IMG/VR virus record: IMGVR_UViG_3300024520_000063
Span: 1-64,000 of that record
Strand: one strand, 5' to 3'
Origin: a virus
DNA length: 64,000 bases
Positions 56,303 to 64,000 of the stretch are shown in pieces. The notes beneath the pieces were generated by a model. That model ran no database searches, was not told the origin of the DNA, and worked only from the letters and a program-made list of their open reading frames with translations. Position 1 is the first letter of the stretch, and each line of letters begins with the position of its first letter. Made by a program: the position numbers and the translations under genes.

Positions 56303-57384
56303 TCACCGTTCCTGCTGACTGGCTGAAATCCTGCGTAAAAGTCATCTCCCCAACCATTCCTCAGAAGCCCCCGAATGCGGCATTGCTGTGCATGAGAATC
56401 AGGTGGCTGGACGGCTCTGTGGTGTTCTCGTCACATAACCTGTCCGCTGGATCAAGCGTTAAGTTCGGGGAGTGCGACGAGCCGGACGTCAAGGATATGA
56501 TCGTCAGGTTCGATGCGGTGAAGGGATTTTCCGAGACGCTCGATAAGCGTGACCCTGACGTAACCGTGTCGTGGACAGATAAGCTCTTCACGATCATCTG
56601 CGGAAGCTCTGAAGTAGCCCTGCCTGTGTCGGACATCAGCATCTACCCGAACATGGACGCGACCGCACTCGAAGCACTCGACCCAATTCCAGTTGGGCTT
56701 TTGCAGGATACGTTCAAGTTCCTGCTGGGTATCCCCGACACAGACGTCAACACAAGCATGTTCTACGACCTGAACAAAGGCATCATGGGAACCACGGACA
56801 ACTGCGAGGCGAGATTCGTCCGGGGATTCCAGACCGGAGAAGGAAAGCTGTGCATAGGAAACGGAAACTCTCGCATCCTGAAGGCGTTCCTGGCCCAGTG
56901 CGAGGATACTGATGAGCTGATCCCAGCCTTCTCTGATTCCCACTTCAGCCTCAGGTCAACACAGACCAACAGAGCCGCCACAGTACGGCTGGTCGACCCT
57001 GCTCTTGTCCGGACTATTCCTGATCGGTTCATGCATTATTCGCAGCCAAACAGGGCAATGACAGGCAGAGTCAATCTTGCTAAGCTCGCCAGACAGACAA
57101 TGCTGGTTTCCGATCCCGAGTCGGACGTGATTCTCCTGAGTATGAACAACGGAGAAATCAGCGTGGCGACCTCCAAAGGATCAGCCAGATCATTCAGTGG
57201 AAAGTTAGCAGTTAACGAAGGAGCAGAAGGCGAGTTTCTTGTCTTCCTGAGATCGACAAGGCTCTTCTACGCGGTCCACAATATGAGCGAGATTGAAATC
57301 GGAATCGCAGCTGGCGGCAGCGACGAGCCTCTGCTTCTGAACTCAGGCACACAAACAGCAATCATCGCACCGTCAGAGGCTTGA
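56299..57384 (+). CDS. DNA polymerase sliding clamp-like protein
   Basis: 361 aa, size and N-terminal pattern (ITVPADWLKSCVKVISP...PNAALLCMRIRWLDGSVVFSSHNLSAGSS) reminiscent of beta clamp; located among replication genes. Confidence 0.4.
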   Translation: MITVPADWLKSCVKVISPTIPQKPPNAALLCMRIRWLDGSVVFSSHNLSAGSSVKFGECDEPDVKDMIVRFDAVKGFSETLDKRDPDVTVSWTDKLFTIICGSSEVALPVSDISIYPNMDATALEALDPIPVGLLQDTFKFLLGIPDTDVNTSMFYDLNKGIMGTTDNCEARFVRGFQTGEGKLCIGNGNSRILKAFLAQCEDTDELIPAFSDSHFSLRSTQTNRAATVRLVDPALVRTIPDRFMHYSQPNRAMTGRVNLAKLARQTMLVSDPESDVILLSMNNGEISVATSKGSARSFSGKLAVNEGAEGEFLVFLRSTRLFYAVHNMSEIEIGIAAGGSDEPLLLNSGTQTAIIAPSEA

Positions 57385-57385
57385 C

Positions 57386-57598
57386 ATGGCATTCTCAACA
57401 TACTGGACTCAATTGCAGATGAAGAACCCAGGACTGAATGCAGAGGACACCAAGATGACAATCTCGGTTGGGTCCTTCAAATCCGCTCTCAGGAGAGCGT
57501 ACGACTCTGGAGGAGAGAACACAGCCAAGGCCCTCAGGGACTTGGAGATGACCGGAAAACCAGACTATAAAGATCTCTTTGGAGGCATGTTCGGTTGA
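57386..57598 (+). CDS. hypothetical protein
   Basis: 70 aa, ATGA-type junctions both sides. Confidence 0.4.
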   Translation: MAFSTYWTQLQMKNPGLNAEDTKMTISVGSFKSALRRAYDSGGENTAKALRDLEMTGKPDYKDLFGGMFG

Positions 57599-58326
57599 TT
57601 TCCTTCAAGGATGTAACGGTCGTTGTGCTCAACTACAAACGGCCATGGAACGTAATGCGAATCTGTGATCATCTCCTGAAAACTGGATTTGATGACATCA
57701 TCGTGAGGGACCAATCTCCCCCGCTTGAGCATTTCGCATACCCTCTTGAACAGGTAATCCCGCCATCTGTGCGACTTGTACGTGAGGAAAACCTGCTCAA
57801 TATGAGAACCTTGGGAAGGATGCTTGAGCTGGGGAAAACCAACAGAAAGTGGATTGCTACCCAGGATGATGACTATCAGGTCACTGATCTGGGCTGGCAC
57901 AGACTCATGCACCAGAGATATGACGGAATTTGCTGTCAGCTACCCCGGACAAACATGAAGTTTGATCAGGCATACGAACTGCCTTTCGTGAACATCGGGT
58001 ACGGCTCCATATTCCCTCGAAGCCTGGCTGCCAGATTCATTAAAGAGTGGTCAGAAAGCTACGGGGCAGCCGACCCATCCCTGATGCTTAAGGGAGATCG
58101 ATGTTTCACTGCGTGGGCTGGAAAATGGCTTGCGATCCCGGCATATGACGATACCCTGAAGAAGCTCTGGAACCCGGACGGAGAGCTTAGCGAAAACGAC
58201 CCCAGTTCAATCAGCCTGACGGAAGAGCATTGGCCGGACACATGGAGAGCAGTGCTAAAAGCGAGGGAACTATCCGCATCGAAGATCCCTGCGGGGCGAG
58301 AGTTCCCTACCTGTTCCAACAACTGA
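57595..58326 (+). CDS. family-2-like glycosyltransferase
   Basis: VTVVVLNYKRPW resembles GT2 N-terminal V.V.IP.YN motif. Confidence 0.45.
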   Translation: MISFKDVTVVVLNYKRPWNVMRICDHLLKTGFDDIIVRDQSPPLEHFAYPLEQVIPPSVRLVREENLLNMRTLGRMLELGKTNRKWIATQDDDYQVTDLGWHRLMHQRYDGICCQLPRTNMKFDQAYELPFVNIGYGSIFPRSLAARFIKEWSESYGAADPSLMLKGDRCFTAWAGKWLAIPAYDDTLKKLWNPDGELSENDPSSISLTEEHWPDTWRAVLKARELSASKIPAGREFPTCSNN

Positions 58327-58346
58327 GCCACAGAGAGTTCTGGCTC

Positions 58347-58487
58347 ATGAACCGGTACAGCAAAGAGACGTACGACATCGACATTATTTCAAGGACTTGC
58401 ACATGCGGTAATTTCGTCTGGGTACGGGACGGAGAAGATCCGCATGGTTGTAAGCACGTAAGAGCTTTAAGAAAGGCATTCAAGTGA
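58347..58487 (+). CDS. SWIM-type zinc finger small protein
   Basis: CTCGNFVW...HGCKHVRAL (CxCx...CxH). Confidence 0.35.
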   Translation: MNRYSKETYDIDIISRTCTCGNFVWVRDGEDPHGCKHVRALRKAFK

Positions 58488-58858
58488 TTGGATCAGACAC
58501 AAGTTTGTTCGTTGTAACTGGAGTTATCTGTCAGGCCACAGAGACCTACGACACGAACTCCGGAAAGCCCAAATCGAAGATCTTTGTGAAGGCAAAGAAG
58601 GAGTGGAACGGTGGCGGGTTTGAATCTGTGATTCCGATCACAGTGGATGACAAGGTGGTCTCTCAGCAGACACTGGCCAATATCCGACTCGGAACCAGGA
58701 TTCAGGCGTCCGGATATCTGTCCTCGTTCGAGAAAGAGGGCACCAATGGCACGTTCTACAACTTGGCCCTGAGCGGTCAGAACGTGGCAGTTCTCAATGA
58801 TGAGCCAGAGCAGGTTCCAGTCGGTGCAGCTGCTGGCGGGGATGACGTGCCATTTTGA
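58484..58858 (+). CDS. single-stranded DNA-binding protein-like (OB fold)
   Basis: LFVVTGVICQATETYDTNSGKPKSKIFVKA ... IRLGTRIQASGYLSSF pattern typical of SSB. Confidence 0.45.
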   Translation: MIGSDTSLFVVTGVICQATETYDTNSGKPKSKIFVKAKKEWNGGGFESVIPITVDDKVVSQQTLANIRLGTRIQASGYLSSFEKEGTNGTFYNLALSGQNVAVLNDEPEQVPVGAAAGGDDVPF

Positions 58859-59094
58859 GAACCACAACCGAGACGACAACAAAGATACACCTCGGGCGAG
58901 AAGAGATTGCCGATATGCTTTCTAAGTACCTTATCGGTAACAACTTCGGAACAATTCAGCCCGAGGACATCGTTGGTGCATCCTACGACCTGTTAGGGGA
59001 ACTTGATTGCCTCACAGTGACGGTCAAGGGGGAGCCATGGAAACACCCGAACGGAGGAATATTGAGTGGAGAACCTACACCTGACTCCGGTTGA
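58855..59094 (+). CDS. hypothetical protein
   Basis: 79 aa. Confidence 0.4.
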   Translation: MRTTTETTTKIHLGREEIADMLSKYLIGNNFGTIQPEDIVGASYDLLGELDCLTVTVKGEPWKHPNGGILSGEPTPDSG

Positions 59095-59545
59095 CGAGAA
59101 TGGGATACCTCAATCTGTTTTTGATGAGTTCAGCACAGGCGCCTCACAGCACATGCTGGACTTAGACCTGACTAGACCGATCTTCTTCGATGCTCCGTGC
59201 TGTGCTGTCGTCATGGAGTTCGAGGACCCAGAGATGACAGATAACATCTGTGCGGGTGAGTTTCCGGTCTACTGCAACACCGAGCGGGGATTTGCCCTGT
59301 GGTACATGAACTTCAAATCTGCGAAGGACTTGCTCATGAACCACATCCCCGCTGGGATCGTACTGAACATCAAGGGGCAGATGCGAGCCAGGGTCACAAG
59401 CTCCGGAAAAGTGCCGTTCCCGCCCGATTTCGGGTTTGACTGGCTTGTCGAGAAGGCAATCCCGTACTTCACGGCTGCCGAACTGATGGCAAAAACTGCC
59501 ATATTCGGAGAGCACAGAATTGCCCTGAACCTCAAAAGACAATGA
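59066..59545 (+). CDS. hypothetical protein
   Basis: GTG start after RBS ggagg. Confidence 0.4.
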   Translation: MENLHLTPVDENGIPQSVFDEFSTGASQHMLDLDLTRPIFFDAPCCAVVMEFEDPEMTDNICAGEFPVYCNTERGFALWYMNFKSAKDLLMNHIPAGIVLNIKGQMRARVTSSGKVPFPPDFGFDWLVEKAIPYFTAAELMAKTAIFGEHRIALNLKRQ

Positions 59546-59889
59546 CGGTAGAATTGTGGGAAAAGGAGACCGCAATGAACGCCGTCATGGTAACACCCGA
59601 GACGCTAGAGCCGATCTGCCAAGCCGCACTGGTAATCCTGAAGAATGAGGACGACCGTCGACTTCAGGCTCTCAAGAAGGATCACGCACTGCGTAAGGTC
59701 TGGTGGTTCCAAGGGAAACCGAAATTCAGCTACTGCGACCTGAGCAGTACAGAGAAGTGCTGGCTGGAAGAGAATGCCGATCTTGCCAATGAAATCGAGT
59801 CCCTGCTTTCATCCTGTTCCGATGCAGAGAAGATCCTCGTGGATTCTGAGCTGTGGCGGAAAATGCAACAAATGATCACTGGAGAATAA
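59542..59889 (+). CDS. hypothetical protein
   Basis: 115 aa. Confidence 0.45.
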   Translation: MTVELWEKETAMNAVMVTPETLEPICQAALVILKNEDDRRLQALKKDHALRKVWWFQGKPKFSYCDLSSTEKCWLEENADLANEIESLLSSCSDAEKILVDSELWRKMQQMITGE

Positions 59890-59891
59890 AC

Positions 59892-60224
59892 ATGACCACG
59901 CTGATTCCCGACACGTAGGTACAACACCTTTACATCCTGGTTCGGACGGACCTGTCCAAGTCTCAGCAGGCCGTCCAGGCAGCCCATGCCGGAATGGAGT
60001 CTGCCCGCAAATTCAGAACAGAAGAACATCCACACCTTGTATTGTGTGGCGTGAAATCAGAATCAGAACTGCTCTCAGCCGCCTCTCGTCTGCAGTCCAT
60101 GGGAATCGATTATGTCGAATTCCGCGAACCGGACATCGGAAACCAGCTAACTGCTGTGGGAACGAAACCGATTCATGGGAACAGAAGGAAATATCTTCGT
60201 AAATTCAAACTATTGGACCTCTGA
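59892..60224 (+). CDS. PTH2-like peptidyl-tRNA hydrolase domain protein interrupted by in-frame TAG (59916-59918)
   Basis: ATG 59892, [11 protein letters not shown], then in frame [32 protein letters not shown]... resembling PTH2 N-terminal core; no canonical start between TAG and Met at 59994. Confidence 0.35.
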
Positions 60225-60289
60225 CAACACACAGAGCAACGCAGTGAGACCGAAAGGGACATTTCCTAACAATACAGAAAGGCCAAATT

Positions 60290-60793
60290 ATGAGCACTGC
60301 AACACCAACTACCGACCAGTCCGTTGTAACCGAGAGCAGAAGTCCCACAGACCATCTCCAGTCTCGATGGGGCCACCACCCTTGCAGCTACGAGACCTAC
60401 AAGAAGCTGAAGGACCTGAATAAGGTCTACATCAGGGAGCGGAATTACTTCCATGCCCTGTGTCGCCAGCTTGTGAAGGCACCCAGACACAGGACTGTGG
60501 CAGCAAACTGCGTGTCCACGGCAATGAATCTGCCCGGACCATTCATCACGCAATACAGAGAGAACGAGCGGGGCACTAATGGATGGGGTGGGCACTGGTG
60601 GTACAGGTCTATGCCTTCAACCATCAGATACGAGAACGGGTACACAAAGAGGTATCCCGCCAAGTTTGACAACCAGGGCATTCCGATGCTTTACAGGCTG
60701 GCCAAGTACCCTAAAGCTGTCCCGTTTCCCATTCCCTTCAATCAGTCGATCTTGGATAAGATCGACTCTCTTCACAGAAAGCTCTGTAATTAA
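60290..60793 (+). CDS. hypothetical protein
   Basis: 167 aa. Confidence 0.45.
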   Translation: MSTATPTTDQSVVTESRSPTDHLQSRWGHHPCSYETYKKLKDLNKVYIRERNYFHALCRQLVKAPRHRTVAANCVSTAMNLPGPFITQYRENERGTNGWGGHWWYRSMPSTIRYENGYTKRYPAKFDNQGIPMLYRLAKYPKAVPFPIPFNQSILDKIDSLHRKLCN

Positions 60794-60808
60794 GCAACAG
60801 GAGAACAC

Positions 60809-61096
60809 ATGACACAAACGCAGCAGGCTCGTGGCGTCAAAACCAGCATCAGAACTGACGACAGTGGCAGGACTTACGTGAATTATCGCGGTACGGATTT
60901 TGTCTCGTTTGACGCAAACACGATCACATTGAGATCTGGAGGATGGCTGACGGCAACTACGAAGACCCGGATGAACCAGGCGTCAAACCAGTTCGATCTG
61001 GGCTATTCCGTGTTCCAGAAGAACTTCGAGTGGTTCGTAAGGCTTGAGGGGAGGAACCTGGAGTTCGTTGACGGGATGACCATAGTCCGCCCGTAA
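60809..61096 (+). CDS. hypothetical protein
   Basis: RBS caggagaacacATG. Confidence 0.45.
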   Translation: MTQTQQARGVKTSIRTDDSGRTYVNYRGTDFVSFDANTITLRSGGWLTATTKTRMNQASNQFDLGYSVFQKNFEWFVRLEGRNLEFVDGMTIVRP

Positions 61097-61423
61097 CGAA
61101 AGGCCCGCGTAGTGTTAATCAACACGCAAGTCTCTAAAACTTGAAATCTGGGTTAAAGTCCCAGCGCGGGCAATCAATTACCGACCCGGACCCTGTTGCC
61201 GAATAATGCCGTGTCTCGACCGACTGCGCCCGTGTAACCGAAAAAAGCCCTTACCTTCCGCGTAGAAGAATGCCACCGAGGGAACACTTACCGGAAAGCT
61301 CACCGTAACCGATCGCTACTGTTTTTCTCTTGACTAATCAGGATTCTCAAATAGGCTTTCATCTGCCGACCCTCAGGGGAACTTGGACTGGCCCGGTCTT
61401 GTGACTCTGGGGTGTCGGCTTTT

Positions 61424-61502
61424 CACCGGGTACGCCAATCGATCAGAGCGGCTCAGATTAAAATGAGTGGAAATGGGGGTTCAAATCCCTCCCCGGTGTC
61501 CA
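61424..61502 (+). tRNA. tRNA-like gene (anticodon not resolved)
   Basis: perfect 7-bp acceptor pairing CACCGGG...CCCGGTG, T-arm GGGGG-TTCAAAT-CCCTC, discriminator T and encoded CCA; D/anticodon arms could not be folded canonically by eye. Confidence 0.4.
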
Positions 61503-61578
61503 GAAGAGGTGGTGTAGCGGAAACACGCCGTCGTGATCGATCAGGGCGGAACCCGAGGTTCAAATCCTCGTCCCTTCA
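61503..61578 (+). tRNA. second tRNA-like element
   Basis: acceptor GAAGAGG/TCCCTTC (one mismatch), D-arm GTGT-AGCGGAA-ACAC, T-arm CGAGG-TTCAAAT-CCTCG; anticodon region has 12-nt loop so noncanonical. Confidence 0.3.
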
Positions 61579-61600
61579 TTAGCGCCAGCCTTGGCGCTAA
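61579..61600 (+). terminator. conserved hairpin TTAGCGCCA-GCCT-TGGCGCTAA
   Basis: direct reading after tRNA-like pair. Confidence 0.5.
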
Positions 61601-61712
61601 TCAGAAACTTTGAGTTTGAGTGCCGTGCTGGTACTCACCCGGCCCTGTCGTGCGGAATCTCGGCCTCATCACCCGGAATTCCGACGCAGGGCCTTACTTT
61701 CAGGAGATAATC

Positions 61713-61883
61713 ATGTCAGGAAAAGAAACAAAGTTCCCGGTTTACTTCGACCCGGAAAGGCGACAGTTGTACTTCATCGAGTGGGATGAGACCGGAAATA
61801 GCGACATTCCCCATCGGATTTACATCCAGACGGAGAGGCCGGTGGTCAGCTCAGCATTGATGCCACCACCGGACGAGAAGTAA
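61713..61883 (+). CDS. small protein (56 aa)
   Basis: RBS caggagataatcATG. Confidence 0.4.
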   Translation: MSGKETKFPVYFDPERRQLYFIEWDETGNSDIPHRIYIQTERPVVSSALMPPPDEK

Positions 61884-62014
61884 GATGGTTGCCTCGTTCC
61901 TCGTAAGACCGGAGGTGATGTTATCTACGCCGGAAGAATCAAAGAAAAGGGTTGTTGAACCAGAGGCCAAGCCTCATCTGGGGCTTGGTTTTTTCAAACT
62001 CAGAGGGCAAAACT

Positions 62015-62392
62015 ATGACCAGACAGGAAACATTCAACAGAGTGGCGAAACACCTACTCACCCAAGGTAAGAGGTCCCTTGCCGTGTACCCCGGATCAGA
62101 GGATTATGGCCAGAAAGACTGTGCCTACCGAGGAGAGGGCGGTCTTTCGTGTGCTGTGGGATGCCTGATTCCGGATGAAAGGTACAGACGGTCATGGGAG
62201 GGCCAAGGCGTGGAAAACGAAGATATCAAGGGGCTTTTGTGTGGCGAACTAGGCCACGACCTTAGATTGCTCCAAGATCTTCAGGGCGTTCACGATGAAA
62301 CCAATCCGCTTGAGTGGCCGGAACACCTTGAAATAGTTGCGGAAGATAATGATTTAGAGTTCTCTGAAGAACTGGCTAGACTGCCAGCCTGA
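62015..62392 (+). CDS. hypothetical Cys-containing protein
   Basis: RBS gagggcaaaactATG. Confidence 0.45.
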   Translation: MTRQETFNRVAKHLLTQGKRSLAVYPGSEDYGQKDCAYRGEGGLSCAVGCLIPDERYRRSWEGQGVENEDIKGLLCGELGHDLRLLQDLQGVHDETNPLEWPEHLEIVAEDNDLEFSEELARLPA

Positions 62393-63474
62393 CTGTCCAT
62401 TACTATCGTATGGCCGGAATGGAGTAAGAGCCATTCAGGGGCCTTCCTAAAGTTGGTTGAACTTGGCACACAAACATGTATGATTCAAACAGCTCACAAG
62501 AGGGATGGCTCTTACCCATTACGGCTACTCATCTCGGGGAGATGAAGCCTGCTCGACAAAGACTGGCGTGCCAAGCAGTCCAAGTCAGCCCTCGAATTCC
62601 CCGGCCCATAAACCCAAGTTCTTCTCTTCGGAGAGGCGCTTGGGTTTTTTCGTGCGCCAAGATTGGCGCTATCAGAACAGGAAGCCCACTTGGAAGTGGG
62701 AGCTACGGTCTCCAGATTTGCGACAGGACAAGGGCCATGAATGCTGAACTGCCACACCAAAGGCACATTCAGACTACAAGGGTAAACGTCCGAGGCACTC
62801 TGGCATGCAGGTTCGAATCCTGCCCTGTTCAATTTAGCCCGATGAGAGGCTTGTAACCGATAGGATGCTTTGAGTATTCATTGAGCCGAAATGACCTGTG
62901 AGTCCGAACAACCGCCTTTGAGTACGGGACCGCAGCAGTTCCAGAATCGATCTGAGATCGAACACGCTGCCTGAGCATTCAGCCGATCGCTCGAATGATA
63001 CCGAAAGGAAGCATTTAATCTGGGCGTGTCTAGATCCTTAAGTCGCCAAAGATGGCGAAATGGGACCGCAGAAGTTCCACAAATCGTCAAGATTGACGAA
63101 TACTCTGCTTGAGCATTGAGTCGACAGCAGGTCCCCAAGATGGGACAGACCTGGCCGTGCAGGGATGCGAGGTTTGAGAATCCGCAGGACGCACACGGCG
63201 GAGGCATTAAGTTCACTTAATCCGAATGCATACACCACTGCATCACGGACGTGGGTAGGACTCCTTGCGGGGAGCGGTAGGATACCACGTTAAAAACACG
63301 GAGGGTGACTAAGTGATGCCCGGCTCCGCGAGCGGTGGTCAGGTTGCCCATACATTCACCTGTATGGGTTCCTTGCGCTCAACCACTCTCCCTAAGCGGT
63401 AGCTGCTCTGAGTCAGTGTAGTGGACTCTGGGGAGTCCGGATGACACAGTTATGAGCCTGGAGAGAGAAATCTG

Positions 63475-63708
63475 ATGACGCAGGACAGTGATCTGACAGG
63501 TGACGATCTGCTTGATCGGATAAGAGAATTGGAACTTGAAGGCCCAGGGCAGGGATGGAGGCACCTTCTGTCGGCCTGTCGTGCGGAAATTGCCCAGCTC
63601 AGAGAGGCTCTTGCTGAATCGATCGAGGAATCTGATGCATGGGAGCGCAAAGCCAAGTCCATGGCGACTGAATGGGAAAACACAGATTTCATGAGGCCAG
63701 ATCAATAA
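63475..63708 (+). CDS. hypothetical coiled-coil protein
   Basis: 77-aa ORF. Confidence 0.4.
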   Translation: MTQDSDLTGDDLLDRIRELELEGPGQGWRHLLSACRAEIAQLREALAESIEESDAWERKAKSMATEWENTDFMRPDQ

Positions 63709-63767
63709 TCGTCCTTGCCGGACCTTTCTCAGAGGTGTGGCGGACGATTATGGGAGTACGATTAACA

Positions 63768-64000
63768 TGAATGTATGGGATGACGCAGATACACAGCTGA
63801 TGGTTACGGCTGCACACCGGTACTGCCTGCATCGAAAAACCTACATAACCCACGCTGGACATAAATGGCTGGAGGAGAATCGAGCCAACTTCAATCGGCA
63901 GACCATCTTTATGATTGTAAGAGATACGATCCGGGCAATCATGGGTGGGAATGCCGGGTCAGAAACAATCGACGCTCCAGGCTGGCGGAGACTTGCTCTG
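63768..64000 (+). CDS. hypothetical protein (3' end outside window)
   Basis: ORF open to window end. Confidence 0.35.

Noticed and set aside
62476-62856. ORFs 62476..62856 (+) and 62512..62832 (-)
   Set aside because: No RBS; overlap a tRNA-like T-arm and hairpin-rich DNA; more likely non-coding.

Overview
The window reads as a contiguous piece of a tailed-phage (Caudoviricetes-type) genome or prophage, about 54% GC, with many short ORFs tightly packed and frequent ATGA/overlapping stop-start junctions.

(1) 11-14800, minus strand: virion morphogenesis module. In transcription order: portal, small head proteins, scaffold, major capsid, connector/tail proteins, two chaperone-position ORFs, and a 1378-aa tape-measure protein.

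(2) 15.0-27.6 kb, plus strand: a DNA-handling and anti-restriction block. It contains:
- a ParB-like nuclease-domain protein;
- a beta-class SPPY DNA methyltransferase interrupted by a LAGLIDADG intein;
- a Lar-family restriction-alleviation homolog;
- a half-size C5-cytosine-MTase-like ORF;
- a DGQHR/ParB-like protein, an excisionase-like HTH protein and an SPFH protein;
- an AT-rich islet carrying a second, codon-deviant SPPY methyltransferase fused to a truncated IS607-like serine-recombinase N-terminus.

(3) 27.9-31.5 kb, minus strand: a block of small genes that includes a second Lar homolog.

(4) 31.5-32.5 kb: a roughly 1 kb divergent, non-coding control region with a (TCTTCG)n microsatellite and an AT-rich promoter-like segment.

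(5) 34.5-39.1 kb: an array of very small genes. Each is preceded by a conserved CCCTCATGGGAAC motif, often followed by a covarying GGGAACC/GGTTCCC hairpin.

(6) Isolated features: a 365-aa protein with about 22 tandem 12-bp (tetrapeptide xNLx) repeats, and an unmistakable CsrA/RsmA homolog.

(7) 45.2-50.3 kb, the most striking feature: a phage-borne ubiquitin-like conjugation cassette in Bil-like order. The genes are a beta-grasp Ubl candidate, an E2(UBC HPN motif)+Cys-rich protein, a JAB/MPN+ peptidase, a ThiF/E1 enzyme and a second E2+Cys-rich paralog.

(8) 51-61 kb: replication and modification genes. These are a primase (zinc ribbon + Toprim), a sliding-clamp-like protein, an SSB-like protein, two glycosyltransferase-like proteins, and a PTH2-like ORF with an in-frame TAG.

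(9) 61.4-63.4 kb: two adjacent tRNA-like genes and further structured non-coding DNA.

A GCGCCAGCCTTGGCGC terminator hairpin recurs five times in the window. All protein calls rest on motif reading of the supplied translations; no database search was possible.
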